Assembly (NCBI GenBank): GCA_043228905.1
Contig: JBHGNT010000007.1
Span: 16,988,001 to 17,052,000 of the forward strand
Length of the DNA stretch: 64,000 nt
Source: Azolla caroliniana
Taxonomy: Eukaryota; Plantae; Polypodiophyta
Direction of reading: 5' to 3'
Under the pieces are notes generated by a model. That model saw only the letters and a program-made list of their open reading frames with translations, was not told the DNA's origin and did no database searches. This document shows, one piece after another, positions 24,594 through 33,660 of the stretch; position 1 is the first letter of the stretch, and every line of letters starts with the position of its first letter. A program made the position numbers and the translations under genes.

Positions 24594-24963
24594 GTCTGCT
24601 TCGAGGTCGAGGAAAGATGGCGAGGTAGAGTGGTGATGAGAGTGAAAGCGAGAGAGAGAGAGTTCCGAACGTGGGGGTTCTCTGAGTGCAGGTTCGCGTT
24701 TGCTAAGCTTCCACCGCCTTGGTGCTTCTGTGCTTCTTGGCTCGCGAAAAAAAAAGGTCTCCATGCGTTCTGCTTTTTCTCTGTGCGTCTTGGCGCCTTT
24801 TTCGAGCATGCGCACGTCGTGTACCAATTTAGTATTAAGTAACGTGGCGGCTCTTAAATGCCCACTACGTACCTTTTCGCTCCATGCTTTCACGTCCGTT
24901 CATACCTCGATTTTTAATGATTTTTTTTTTTTTTTTTTTTTCTTTTAATGACGGTATGTGATC

Positions 24964-26313
24964 TTACACATCCGTAGGTCCCTTCGGACCCTTACCGTTT
25001 TCCTTACGGGTTGCCGTGTCTTCCTTCGCCTCTGCTATGGGTTCCCCGTCGTCTTTTTCTTCCATCCGTACCGTTCCCGGTATAGTGCCGGTGGGCTGCA
25101 TAAACGGGTTACTTGGCATCGGTCCTTTATAGGGCTTTAGTCTAAATCCGTTGACCCACTTGCCTAGCACTTCACCGGCAAGTGTCCCTAACTGATAGGA
25201 CCCGTTGTATTCCCGTGTCAGCCAATACGGGCCTGTCCATCTAAACCGGAGTTTACCCGGCATCTTGCTCATCCTCCTTTGGAATACTAGCACCGGCTTT
25301 CCGATTTCGAACATCTTTTCATTACCTTTCCGGTGACGGTCAACGAACGCTTTCCGTCGTCGTTGCTCCAGTTCCATGTGTAGGATGTTGGCCAGCCGTT
25401 GCTCCTCCAGTTCGCATAGTGCTGCTAGCCGCATTTCCTCCGACTCCTTTTCATTCAGCCGTTCCCGTAGTTGGATCCGTAAGCTTGGTACCTGAAATTC
25501 CACCGGCATGACCGCCTCTAAGCCGAACGCTAACCGGAACGGCGTTGTCCGGATACTTGTTTTGTATGCCGTTCGGTACGCCCATAGCGCGCTATGGAGC
25601 TTTGTATCCCAGTCCGTCCGGTTTTCATTGACGATTTTGCGGAGAATGTTCTGGAGCGTTTTGTTGGTTGACTCTGCTAACCCGTTTGCTTGTGGGTAGT
25701 ACGGTGTGCTCCGTTTATGGACCACGGCATAGAACGTTGTTAAGCTTTCAACTACCTGGCCGAGGAAGTGCCCTCCTTGGTCGCTGATTAATTCAATCGG
25801 ACATCCATATCGGCACCAAATGTTCTCGTACAAGAATTTTGCTGTGGATGACGCGGTGTTGTCTCTCAAGGCCTTAGCCTCCACCCATTTAGTGCAATAA
25901 TCTGTTGCCACGATGACATAACGATTACCCGTTCTCATTGTCGGTGGCTTGAATGGTCCGACAAAATCCAACCCCCACTTCTGGAATGGCTCTAGTGGAA
26001 GTACCGGTTGGTGTGGCATCCGTGCTTGCTCCGTAGGCTGGCCCATTCGTTGGCATAGGTCACATTCCTTAGCATACTTGACGGCGTCTTTTAACGTCGT
26101 GGGCCACCATAAGCCGCTCTGCCATACTTTCCTTGCCGTCGCTTCCCCGACATAGTGTCCTCCGGCAACCCCACAATGAGCTTCCCGTAAGATTACTTGT
26201 TTCTCGTCACTACGGACTGCCCGTCTCCATATTCCATCTGCTCCCTTGTGGTAGAGAGTGTCCCGTAACAGACAGAAATTGCGGCTCTGCACCGCCAGTC
26301 GTTTCCTCTCGTC
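24964..26313 (-). pseudogene. Integrase part of element A pol
   Basis: HHCC motif (EAHCGVAGGH...CDLCQ), core WGLDFVGP / SDQGGHF / QANGLAE and GPY motif. In frame with 33661+ once element B and one CCGG are removed (EMNR|DERKRL). Confidence 0.95.
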
Positions 26314-26317
26314 CCGG

Positions 26318-27129
26318 TGTCGTGAAGAAAACCGTCCATAAGCGGAATCGGCAGACCAAGGCGTGGGAACCGGTTCCTCACGCGCGCACGCTCCAAGTCG
26401 AACATAGAAGCGAGTTAGGAGGATATTCGGCAGGAACGGGCCCTAACACGAGTGGAGACAAAGACCGCGCGAACAGTCTTTTCGGTCGCGCGCGCGAGCT
26501 AAGGGACGGCACGAGTCGGCGGCGTAACTACGCGTATGCGTGAAGAACGGAGCGGATCCCTGTTCGAAAGGGACAGGGGATAAAGCTGACATGACGGCCT
26601 GCTCGTCGATATATATAAGGAACAGGAAAGAGCTGTAAGAGATATATCGCGCGGAGAGGACGAAGTGCTGCCGGACCGTTTCTGGACGCTTCTCTCTCTC
26701 TGTTTCCTTCCTTCTTGAGCTCCATAGCTTTCTGTGCAGGGTTCCGAGGAGGCTCGCGCTGTTTCGAGGAACGCCCGAGTGCTTCCGGCAGCACCTCCAA
26801 CCTGCTACCCCCCCCCCCCTTGCCCTGTTTTGTGCCTCGAAGCGGGCAGGCATCGGCATCTGTTCGCCGGCCTGTTCGGTTGTAACCAACCTGTGCCCCA
26901 TCGAGGGTTGTAGTAGTGTTAGCCATTTTTTTTTAATATACATATTAAGTCATTCGCATCTGTCTGTGTCGGTGTCTGTTCGCGTTCTCCGTGCTGAAGG
27001 GCCGTGTCCCTGTGTATCCCCGGTCCTGCGTAGCCGGTTCTCTCTCTTTCTCCTCCCTCGCTTGCTCTTTGGTTCGAGGCCCTCGCGGTCCCGCCTCGTT
27101 TCCACACGCACTTGCTTAATACCTCGACA
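26318..27129 (+). repeat. 5' LTR of element B
   Basis: 812-bp direct repeat with a TATATAA box near 26611. Confidence 0.97.
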
Positions 27130-27133
27130 TCTT

Positions 27134-27151
27134 TGGTGAACCCGACGTGAA
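27134..27151 (+). promoter_or_regulatory. PBS complementary to tRNA-Trp
   Basis: TGGTGAACCCGACGTGAA is the complement of the recalled cytosolic tRNA-Trp 3' end TTCACGTCGGGTTCACCA. Confidence 0.9.
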
Positions 27152-27173
27152 AGAGGCGGCAGAAGAGCAGAAG

Positions 27174-29300
27174 ATGAGGGGGTCGGATCTTGCAGAAGCC
27201 ATGGCTTCGGCCGTGGATCGGATTGTAAACGCGCGCGAGGGCACCGGTGCCCTCGACAGAGCTATTGAGGCGGTCGTCGGCACGATCGGCCGGTTCGATG
27301 GGAGGGATGCCACGAAGTATCTGGCGTCCTACGGTGCAGAAATGTTGATGCGGGACATTCCGGAAGAAAGGCGTCTTGCCGGATTTCCCCGAGTGGCAAT
27401 GCCGAGCATCCATGCGGAGGTGCTCGAGGTGCGGGCGGAGAGCCGTACCTGGGAGGAGTTCGAAGGCCGGCTCCTAGAGAAATACGGGCTGGACGACGCG
27501 CTCCGGCTTTCGAAGCGAAGGTTCATGGAATGGGTGGAGTCCCCGGGGAAGGGAAGAAACGCGTCGGCACTCCTCCGGGAGTTCGAGGAAAACTTTGCGC
27601 GCCTTTCGGCGCTCGACCGAACCATCCTGGACACGAGCCGGGTCTTGCTGTTTGTCAAGTCGGTCGACGAGCGGGATCGGGAGCAAGTGGGCCTCTTGCT
27701 GGAAACCGAAGACGGGCTCACTACCGACTGGGCGGCTGTCAAGAAGGTCTGTGGCCGTTTCGACAAACGGCGAGAATGGGCGGATAACGGGGTAACCGGG
27801 TCGGGCTCGGTCGCAGCAAGGAAGTTCGAACCAGCGCCACAGGTGCGGGAGGAAGAGACCCGAGAGTGGTTGGAAACCGGTTCGGCTTCGACCGGCGTAG
27901 TCAGAGGCTCAACCGGAGGAGCGGCGCTGGAGGAATTGACGAGGGCGGTAAAGGACCTCCAAATCGCGCAAGCCCGAAGGGAAGGTGGCGAACCGGCTCG
28001 TGACCGACGGCCGGTGGCAGGAAACAGGTGCATGTGGTGCGATGAAGTCGGCCACATTCGGAAGGACTGCGGCGACTTCGCGGAGGCGCTAAGGGACAGG
28101 GTGGTGTACCTGTGGGAAGGGCGGGTGCATGCCAGCGACACCCGAAGGGCCCTGAGCCGAAACGACGGGCGAGGTGGTATGAAAAGGTTGATGGAAGAGG
28201 CAACGGCCCGACACGCGGAAACCGTCCACTACTCGGCGTCGGCCGGCATTCGAGTCGGGGGCGGCGAGGCCCAAAAGGAAAGCAAAGCCGGATTCTGGCC
28301 GACGATGCTGGGAGGCCTTGCCGGTGCAAGGCTTAAAGGGGAGGAATCGGACCGCGCGGAGAAACGAGTACGGGAGATAACCGGGTGGAGCGACCCGGTC
28401 GAGGAAAGGACGGGCTTCGTGGAAGCCGCTTGCCAGAACTACGAGGCTCTGGTAGAAGAGAAGCGGGTGGGGAAACCCGGGACGACCGGGCCCTCACAAC
28501 GATACGAGACCCGGTCCGGGCCACGACGGGACGAAGCCGGCGGGGCCGGTACGAAAGATAAACCCCAGAAGGGCGGGTACCGTCTGGGGACGGAGATAGA
28601 AAGGACCACGGACTTACGAAAGGTCCTGGAGGAACGGATCCTCGACAGCAAGGTGGAGCTGTCGTTACGAGAGGTGCTGGGAATCGCCAAGAAGGAGTTC
28701 CACGACTCCATCGTGGACTTGGTGAAACGGAAGAGGCTGTCAACGGAGACAGAACCGGAAAGACCAATGGAAGTGCGGACGACGCACCTAGACGACATGG
28801 CGCTGGGAGACGAGTGGGCGGAAAGCCACTATTCGAGACCACACTGGGCCCGAGCGACCACGGAAACCCCGGTGAAGATCGGCGATGTCCAGGAACCGGT
28901 GATAGCTTTGGTGGACCACGGATCGGAGATCAACTTGATGTCCATGGACTTCTATAAGAAGGGCAAATGGCCGATCAACACCAAGCACGGGTGGAAAATA
29001 AGGGCGGCAACGCGCGCCACCGAGGAGCTGCACGGGGCTTGTCCGAATGTGCGAGTCAAGATCGGCGACGTCGAGATTGACCAGCACTTCTTCGTGCAGG
29101 AGACATCTTCGCATCCGGTCATACTGGGAGAGCCGTACATCACGGCGGCGCGGATGGAGACCAAGGTGCTGGACAACGGTTCGGCCTACGCGAGGGTCAA
29201 AAGCCAAGACGGGCGCCATTCGGTCCAGTTTCTGACGGTACGGCCGAACCACGAACGTAACCGCGACTCCCTCGGTTCCGAAACCCGAGAGGATTTTTAG
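27174..29300 (+). CDS. gag: Gag-protease ORF of element B
   Basis: Open frame with zinc knuckle CMWCDEVGHIRKDC and aspartic protease ALVDHGSEINLM...VILGEPY. First ATG is at 27174. Confidence 0.92.
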   Translation: MRGSDLAEAMASAVDRIVNAREGTGALDRAIEAVVGTIGRFDGRDATKYLASYGAEMLMRDIPEERRLAGFPRVAMPSIHAEVLEVRAESRTWEEFEGRLLEKYGLDDALRLSKRRFMEWVESPGKGRNASALLREFEENFARLSALDRTILDTSRVLLFVKSVDERDREQVGLLLETEDGLTTDWAAVKKVCGRFDKRREWADNGVTGSGSVAARKFEPAPQVREEETREWLETGSASTGVVRGSTGGAALEELTRAVKDLQIAQARREGGEPARDRRPVAGNRCMWCDEVGHIRKDCGDFAEALRDRVVYLWEGRVHASDTRRALSRNDGRGGMKRLMEEATARHAETVHYSASAGIRVGGGEAQKESKAGFWPTMLGGLAGARLKGEESDRAEKRVREITGWSDPVEERTGFVEAACQNYEALVEEKRVGKPGTTGPSQRYETRSGPRRDEAGGAGTKDKPQKGGYRLGTEIERTTDLRKVLEERILDSKVELSLREVLGIAKKEFHDSIVDLVKRKRLSTETEPERPMEVRTTHLDDMALGDEWAESHYSRPHWARATTETPVKIGDVQEPVIALVDHGSEINLMSMDFYKKGKWPINTKHGWKIRAATRATEELHGACPNVRVKIGDVEIDQHFFVQETSSHPVILGEPYITAARMETKVLDNGSAYARVKSQDGRHSVQFLTVRPNHERNRDSLGSETREDF

Positions 29301-29356
29301 AGAGGACTGCCAAGGCGTGGGGCCGCGACAGTCCGGATGCTCCGGGAAAACCCCAC
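29291..29356 (+). promoter_or_regulatory. Predicted -1 ribosomal frameshift signal (G GAT TTT plus H-type pseudoknot)
   Basis: Slippery heptamer 29291-29297, 6-nt spacer, stem GGACTG/CAGTCC, and loop GTGGGG pairing with CCCCAC at 29351-29356. The pol frame is -1 and open across the site. Confidence 0.8.
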
Positions 29357-32300
29357 ATCTGTACGATAAAACCGTGTACAATAGGTAGGAAATTTTGCTT
29401 CTCCGACAGCGGAGCATGTACGTTGGTCGGCATCGCCGGCCGAGAGAAAACAAAGACGGAGGGGAGACTTCGGGCGTGCGGAGTTCTCGGCCCTGACGAA
29501 GAAATCAACGGAGCCGTGGAGGCAGTCTCCTTCGACGACACCTTGGGGATGCTGGGGAGGGTAGTCGAAGAAGACCTTATCGAGGACCGGGCGATACCGG
29601 TATGTTCAGAAGAAATGTACGAAGTCATCGCGGACTTCGGTCGAGGGCTCGAGTCGGAACGGACGGCCCGAGTTAGCACCAAGTACAAGACTGTGGACCG
29701 GAAGGTGAGGCCAGTTGCGGCGCCCCTACCGGAGGGCAGCGAATCCCGAATCAAAGGGGTTGCATCGGACCCCAGCTTACGGGATCCGGCCTCCATAGGA
29801 CACACCTTCACCAACGAGACGCTCCGCGAGCTGAAGATCGGTGGGGGCGGGTTCCTACTGCCGGCGGAGGAAGACCGGTTCCGGAGAATGCTCGGAAGGC
29901 ACGGGAAAGCCTTCGCATTCTCACCGGAGGAAATCGGGTGCGTAGACCCGACGATCGTAGAACCGATGGTGATATTCACGGTACCGCATGTACCGTGGAA
30001 TCTCAAGCCAATTCCGGTTCCGAGAGCTCACATCTCGAAGTTGATGGAGCTGTTGAAGCAGAAAGTTGATATGGGCATTCTCGAGCCGTCGAGCGCCCCG
30101 TACTCGAACCGATGGTTTACCGTACCAAAGAAAAACGGATCATTGCGCTTCATTCAGGACCTGCAGCCGGTCAACAGAGTGACCATTCGGAACGCAGGGA
30201 TCGGACCGACCATAGACGAGTTCGCGGAGGCCTTCGCCGGAAGGTCGATTTACTCGGTCGGTGATCTATATTCAGGGTACGACCAGTTCCAGCTAGCCGT
30301 GGAGAGCAGAGACATTACGACGATGCGAACTCCCCTCGGCCTAGTGCGGATGTGTACGCTGCCGCAAGGAGGGACCAACTCGGTGGCGCACATGGTGAGT
30401 GCAATGAACAAGGTGCTGAGGGACTGCATCCCGGACATCACCATGCCGTTTCTAGACGACATCCCGATCAAGGGATGCCTGGTAGAAGAGAAGGACGAGA
30501 CGGTCGGGCCGGACGGATGCCGGCGGTTCGTGATGGCGCACATCGACGACTGCGAGAAGGTGCTGCAAAGGCTAGAGGATGCGAGGCTCACCTTCTCGGG
30601 GGAGAAATCAGCCTTCGGGCAGTCGGAAATCATGGTGGTCGGACACTTATGTGGGCCATATGGCCGGAAACCGTCTCCGGCAAAGGTAGAAGCCATCTCC
30701 GCGATGAAGCCCGACTGCAGCTCGGTTACGGAAGTACGAAGATTCCTGGGGGCATGCGCATTCTACCACATATGGATCCCGCATTACGCGCACGTCGCGG
30801 AGCCGCTGTACGGATTATTGAAGAAAGGGCGAAGATTCGAATGGCTAGACAAGCACACGGAGTCGGTCCGGAAGCTGAAGGAGGCTCTTTCGGCAGCACC
30901 GGCGCTCCGAAAGGCCGTCTACAGGAAGGGCACCCCAGTGTACATAACGGTTGACACGAGTCCGACCGGAATCGGGTGGGTCGTCAACCAAGAAGACGAG
31001 GACGGCAATCGGTTTCCGATCCGATTCGGCGCGAAGGTCCTCAGCGAACGGCAGCGAGGATACGCCCAGGTTAAACGCGAACTCTGGGGTATCGTTTCGG
31101 CGGTGAAGGCCAACAAGGACTATCTGATCGGGACGGAGGTAATCATAGAGACGGATTGCATGCCGATTCTCGGCATGATTTCCGGATGCGCGACGCCGGA
31201 CCTGGCAATGCTCAGGTGGATAGCGTACATCAAGTCCCTGGACCCGGAAATACGACACATTTCCGGGAAAGACAACGCCATGGCCGACATGCTTTCAAGG
31301 GCGAGATTCGATGACGAGGGCGGCATGGTTTCGGAGGACGAAGACGTCGGCGTGGACTTCTTCGAGACTGCGTATGTAACAACCGACGGAACAAGCACTC
31401 CGGCGCTTAACGACTTCGACGCGAGCAAGTACGACGGGGAGTGGCTGCAGATCGGTGGGTTTTTGAAGACAATGACGCCCGATGCGTCATGGACGAAGGA
31501 CGAGGCCATCCGGATCCGGAAGAAAGCGTACCGGTTCTTTCTCCGGGATGGCTATCTATGGAAGCACCCGAAGAAGAAGGACGGCGCTCCGCTCCGGGTG
31601 GTGGCGATGAAGGAAGAACAGGAGGAGCTGCTGACGGCCTACCACGACAGCCCTTGGGCTGGACACCGTGGAACATGGGCTACGTTTGAGAAACTGAAGG
31701 GGAAGTATTGGTGGCCGGGGCAGTACCGGGACGTGCATCGGTTCGTGACAACTTGCGAGAGCTGTCAGATGCACTCCATAGTACGACATCGGGACGAGCT
31801 TCACCCCACGTACCCTCCGACCATCCACTTCAAATGGATGGTAGATCTGGTGACGATGCCAATGGGGGTAGGACAGATGCGGTACCTGGTCCTAGCGCGG
31901 GAGGATCTGACGAACCAGGTGGAAGGCCGGGCCCTTCCGAACAAAACGACCGCGGCCGTATGCCGGTTCCTAATCGAGGACGTGATATGCCGGTACGGGT
32001 GCGTCGGGAAGATCGTGGCTGACCGAGGGGAGTTGGACGCCGAAGAAGCCGCGGAGCTGTTCGGCCGGCTGGGAGTCAAGCTCTCGCTCACCACTGCGTA
32101 CAATCCGGAGGCGAATGGAAAGGTGGAGCGCGGACACGGACCGATCGTCAAGGCGTTGGTTCGGGCATGCGGAGGCCGAGTCGGTGACTGGCCGCGGCTG
32201 CTACCTTATGCTTTGTGGGCAGACCGGACCACGCACAGTTCGGTAACCGGGTACATGCCGACGGAGCTCATGTTCGGCCAGAAGCCGATCATGCCGATGG

Positions 32301-32779
32301 AACGGACGATCTCCTCGTGGGCAACGGTCGACTGGAGGGACGAGATGAGCCGGGAGGAGTTGTTGGCCGCGCGCATACGACAGCTCGAGCGGAGACCGGA
32401 GGACGTGGAACTGGCTGCGGAGAAGCTCCGGGTGGCGAGGAAAAAGAACAAAGCCAGGTTCGACCGAACGCACCGGCTCCGACCGAAGAAAATCGAAGAA
32501 GGTGACTGGGTGCTCGTCTACGACAGCAGCCTCGACAACCAGCACCGAGCTACACGGAAGTTCGCACGAAGGTGGTTCGGGCCTTACGTGGTACGGAGCG
32601 CCAATGACAACGGGACATATCACCTGGCGGAACTCGACGGCACGAGAATGGCGATACCGGTTGCAGGGAAGCGGATCAAGGCGTTCAAGAAGCGACACGA
32701 CGACGAGCCAGACCCGGCTCTCCTGGTCAGCAGTGACGAACGATCCGAAAACGAGGAAGAACCGACGGGCGAGGAATGA
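29297..32779 (+). CDS. pol: Pol (RT-RNase H-integrase) of element B, -1 frame
   Basis: RT motifs DLYSGYDQF, LPQGGTNS, PFLDD; RH motifs ITVDTS, KRELWG; INT motifs YHDSPWAGH..CESCQ, ADRGE, NGKVER; GPY; no chromodomain. Confidence 0.95.
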   Translation, partial: LERTAKAWGRDSPDAPGKPHICTIKPCTIGRKFCFSDSGACTLVGIAGREKTKTEGRLRACGVLGPDEEINGAVEAVSFDDTLGMLGRVVEEDLIEDRAIPVCSEEMYEVIADFGRGLESERTARVSTKYKTVDRKVRPVAAPLPEGSESRIKGVASDPSLRDPASIGHTFTNETLRELKIGGGGFLLPAEEDRFRRMLGRHGKAFAFSPEEIGCVDPTIVEPMVIFTVPHVPWNLKPIPVPRAHISKLMELLKQKVDMGILEPSSAPYSNRWFTVPKKNGSLRFIQDLQPVNRVTIRNAGIGPTIDEFAEAFAGRSIYSVGDLYSGYDQFQLAVESRDITTMRTPLGLVRMCTLPQGGTNSVAHMVSAMNKVLRDCIPDITMPFLDDIPIKGCLVEEKDETVGPDGCRRFVMAHIDDCEKVLQRLEDARLTFSGEKSAFGQSEIMVVGHLCGPYGRKPSPAKVEAISAMKPDCSSVTEVRRFLGACAFYHIWIPHYAHVAEPLYGLLKKGRRFEWLDKHTESVRKLKEALSAAPALRKAVYRKGTPVYITVDTSPTGIGWVVNQEDEDGNRFPIRFGAKVLSERQRGYAQVKRELWGIVSAVKANKDYLIGTEVIIETDCMPILGMISGCATPDLAMLRWIAYIKSLDPEIRHISGKDNAMADMLSRARFDDEGGMVSEDEDVGVDFFETAYVTTDGTSTPALNDFDASKYDGEWLQIGGFLKTMTPDASWTKDEAIRIRKKAYRFFLRDGYLWKHPKKKDGAPLRVVAMKEEQEELLTAYHDSPWAGHRGTWATFEKLKGKYWWPGQYRDVHRFVTTCESCQMHSIVRHRDELHPTYPPTIHFKWMVDLVTMPMGVGQMRYLVLAREDLTNQVEGRALPNKTTAAVCRFLIEDVICRYGCVGKIVADRGELDAEEAAELFGRLGVKLSLTTAYNPEANGKVERGHGPIVKALVRACGGRVGDWPRLLPYALWADRTTHSSVTGYMPTELMFGQKPIMPMERTISSWATVDWRDEMSREELLAARIRQLERRPEDVELAAEKLRVARKKNKARFDRTHRLRPKKIEEGDWVLVYDSSLDNQHRATRKFARRWFGPYVVRSANDNGTYHLAELDGTRMAIPVAGKRIKAFKKRHDDEPDPALLVSSDERSENEEEPTGEE

Positions 32780-32850
32780 AGACGGGCCGGTTTTCTCCGT
32801 CCCAACTTTCTTGGCGCATACCGGAGGATGCGCGGTTAGGTGGGGGCGGA

Positions 32851-33660
32851 TGTCGTGAAGAAAACCGTCCATAAGCGGAATCGGCAGACCAAGGCGTGGG
32901 AACCGGTTCCTCACGCGCGCACGCTCCAAGTCGAACATAGAAGCGAGTTAGGAGGATATTCGGCAGGAACGGGCCCTAACACGAGTGGAGACAAAGACCG
33001 CGCGAACAGTCTTTTCGGTCGCGCGCGCGAGCTAAGGGACGGCACGAGTCGGCGGCGTAACTACGCGTATGCGTGAAGAACGGAGCGGATCCCTGTTCGA
33101 AAGGGACAGGGGATAAAGCTGACATGACGGCCTGCTCGTCGATATATATAAGGAACAGGAAAGAGCTGTAAGAGATATATCGCGCGGAGAGGACGAAGTG
33201 CTGCCGGACCGTTTCTGGACGCTTCTCTCTCTCTGTTTCCTTCCTTCTTGAGCTCCATAGCTTTCTGTGCAGGGTTCCGAGGAGGCTCGCGCTGTTTCGA
33301 GGAACGCCCGAGTGCTTCCGGCAGCACCTCCAACCTGCTACCCCCCCCCCTTGCCCTGTTTTGTGCCTCGAAGCGGGCAGGCATCGGCATCTGTTCGCCG
33401 GCCTGTTCGGTTGTAACCAACCTGTGCCCCATCGAGGGTTGTAGTAGTGTTAGCCATTTTTTTTTAATATACATATTAAGTCATTCGCATCTGTCTGTGT
33501 CGGTGTCTGTTCGCGTTCTCCGTGCTGAAGGGCCGTGTCCCTGTGTATCCCCGGTCCTGCGTAGCCGGTTCTCTCTCTTTCTCCTCCCTCGCTTGCTCTT
33601 TGGTTCGAGGCCCCCGCGGTCCCGCCTCGTTTCCACACGCACTTGCTTAATACCTCGACA
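32851..33660 (+). repeat. 3' LTR of element B, preceded by PPT AGGTGGGGGCGGA
   Basis: 810-bp direct repeat of 26318-27129. Confidence 0.97.

Larger units (their letters stand above)
26318..33660 (+). mobile_element. Element B: very young, apparently intact Ty3/gypsy element of a tRNA-Trp-primed, 4-bp-TSD, fungal-like lineage
   Basis: LTRs 26318-27129 and 32851-33660 (TGTCG...CGACA) differ only by one substitution and a poly-C length. TSD is CCGG. PBS, PPT and both ORFs are intact. Confidence 0.97.

Noticed and set aside
33481-33660. C-terminal 60 aa of the 1209-aa ORF as a real domain
   Set aside because: It is read-through into the LTR of nested element B. The true frame resumes at 26313.
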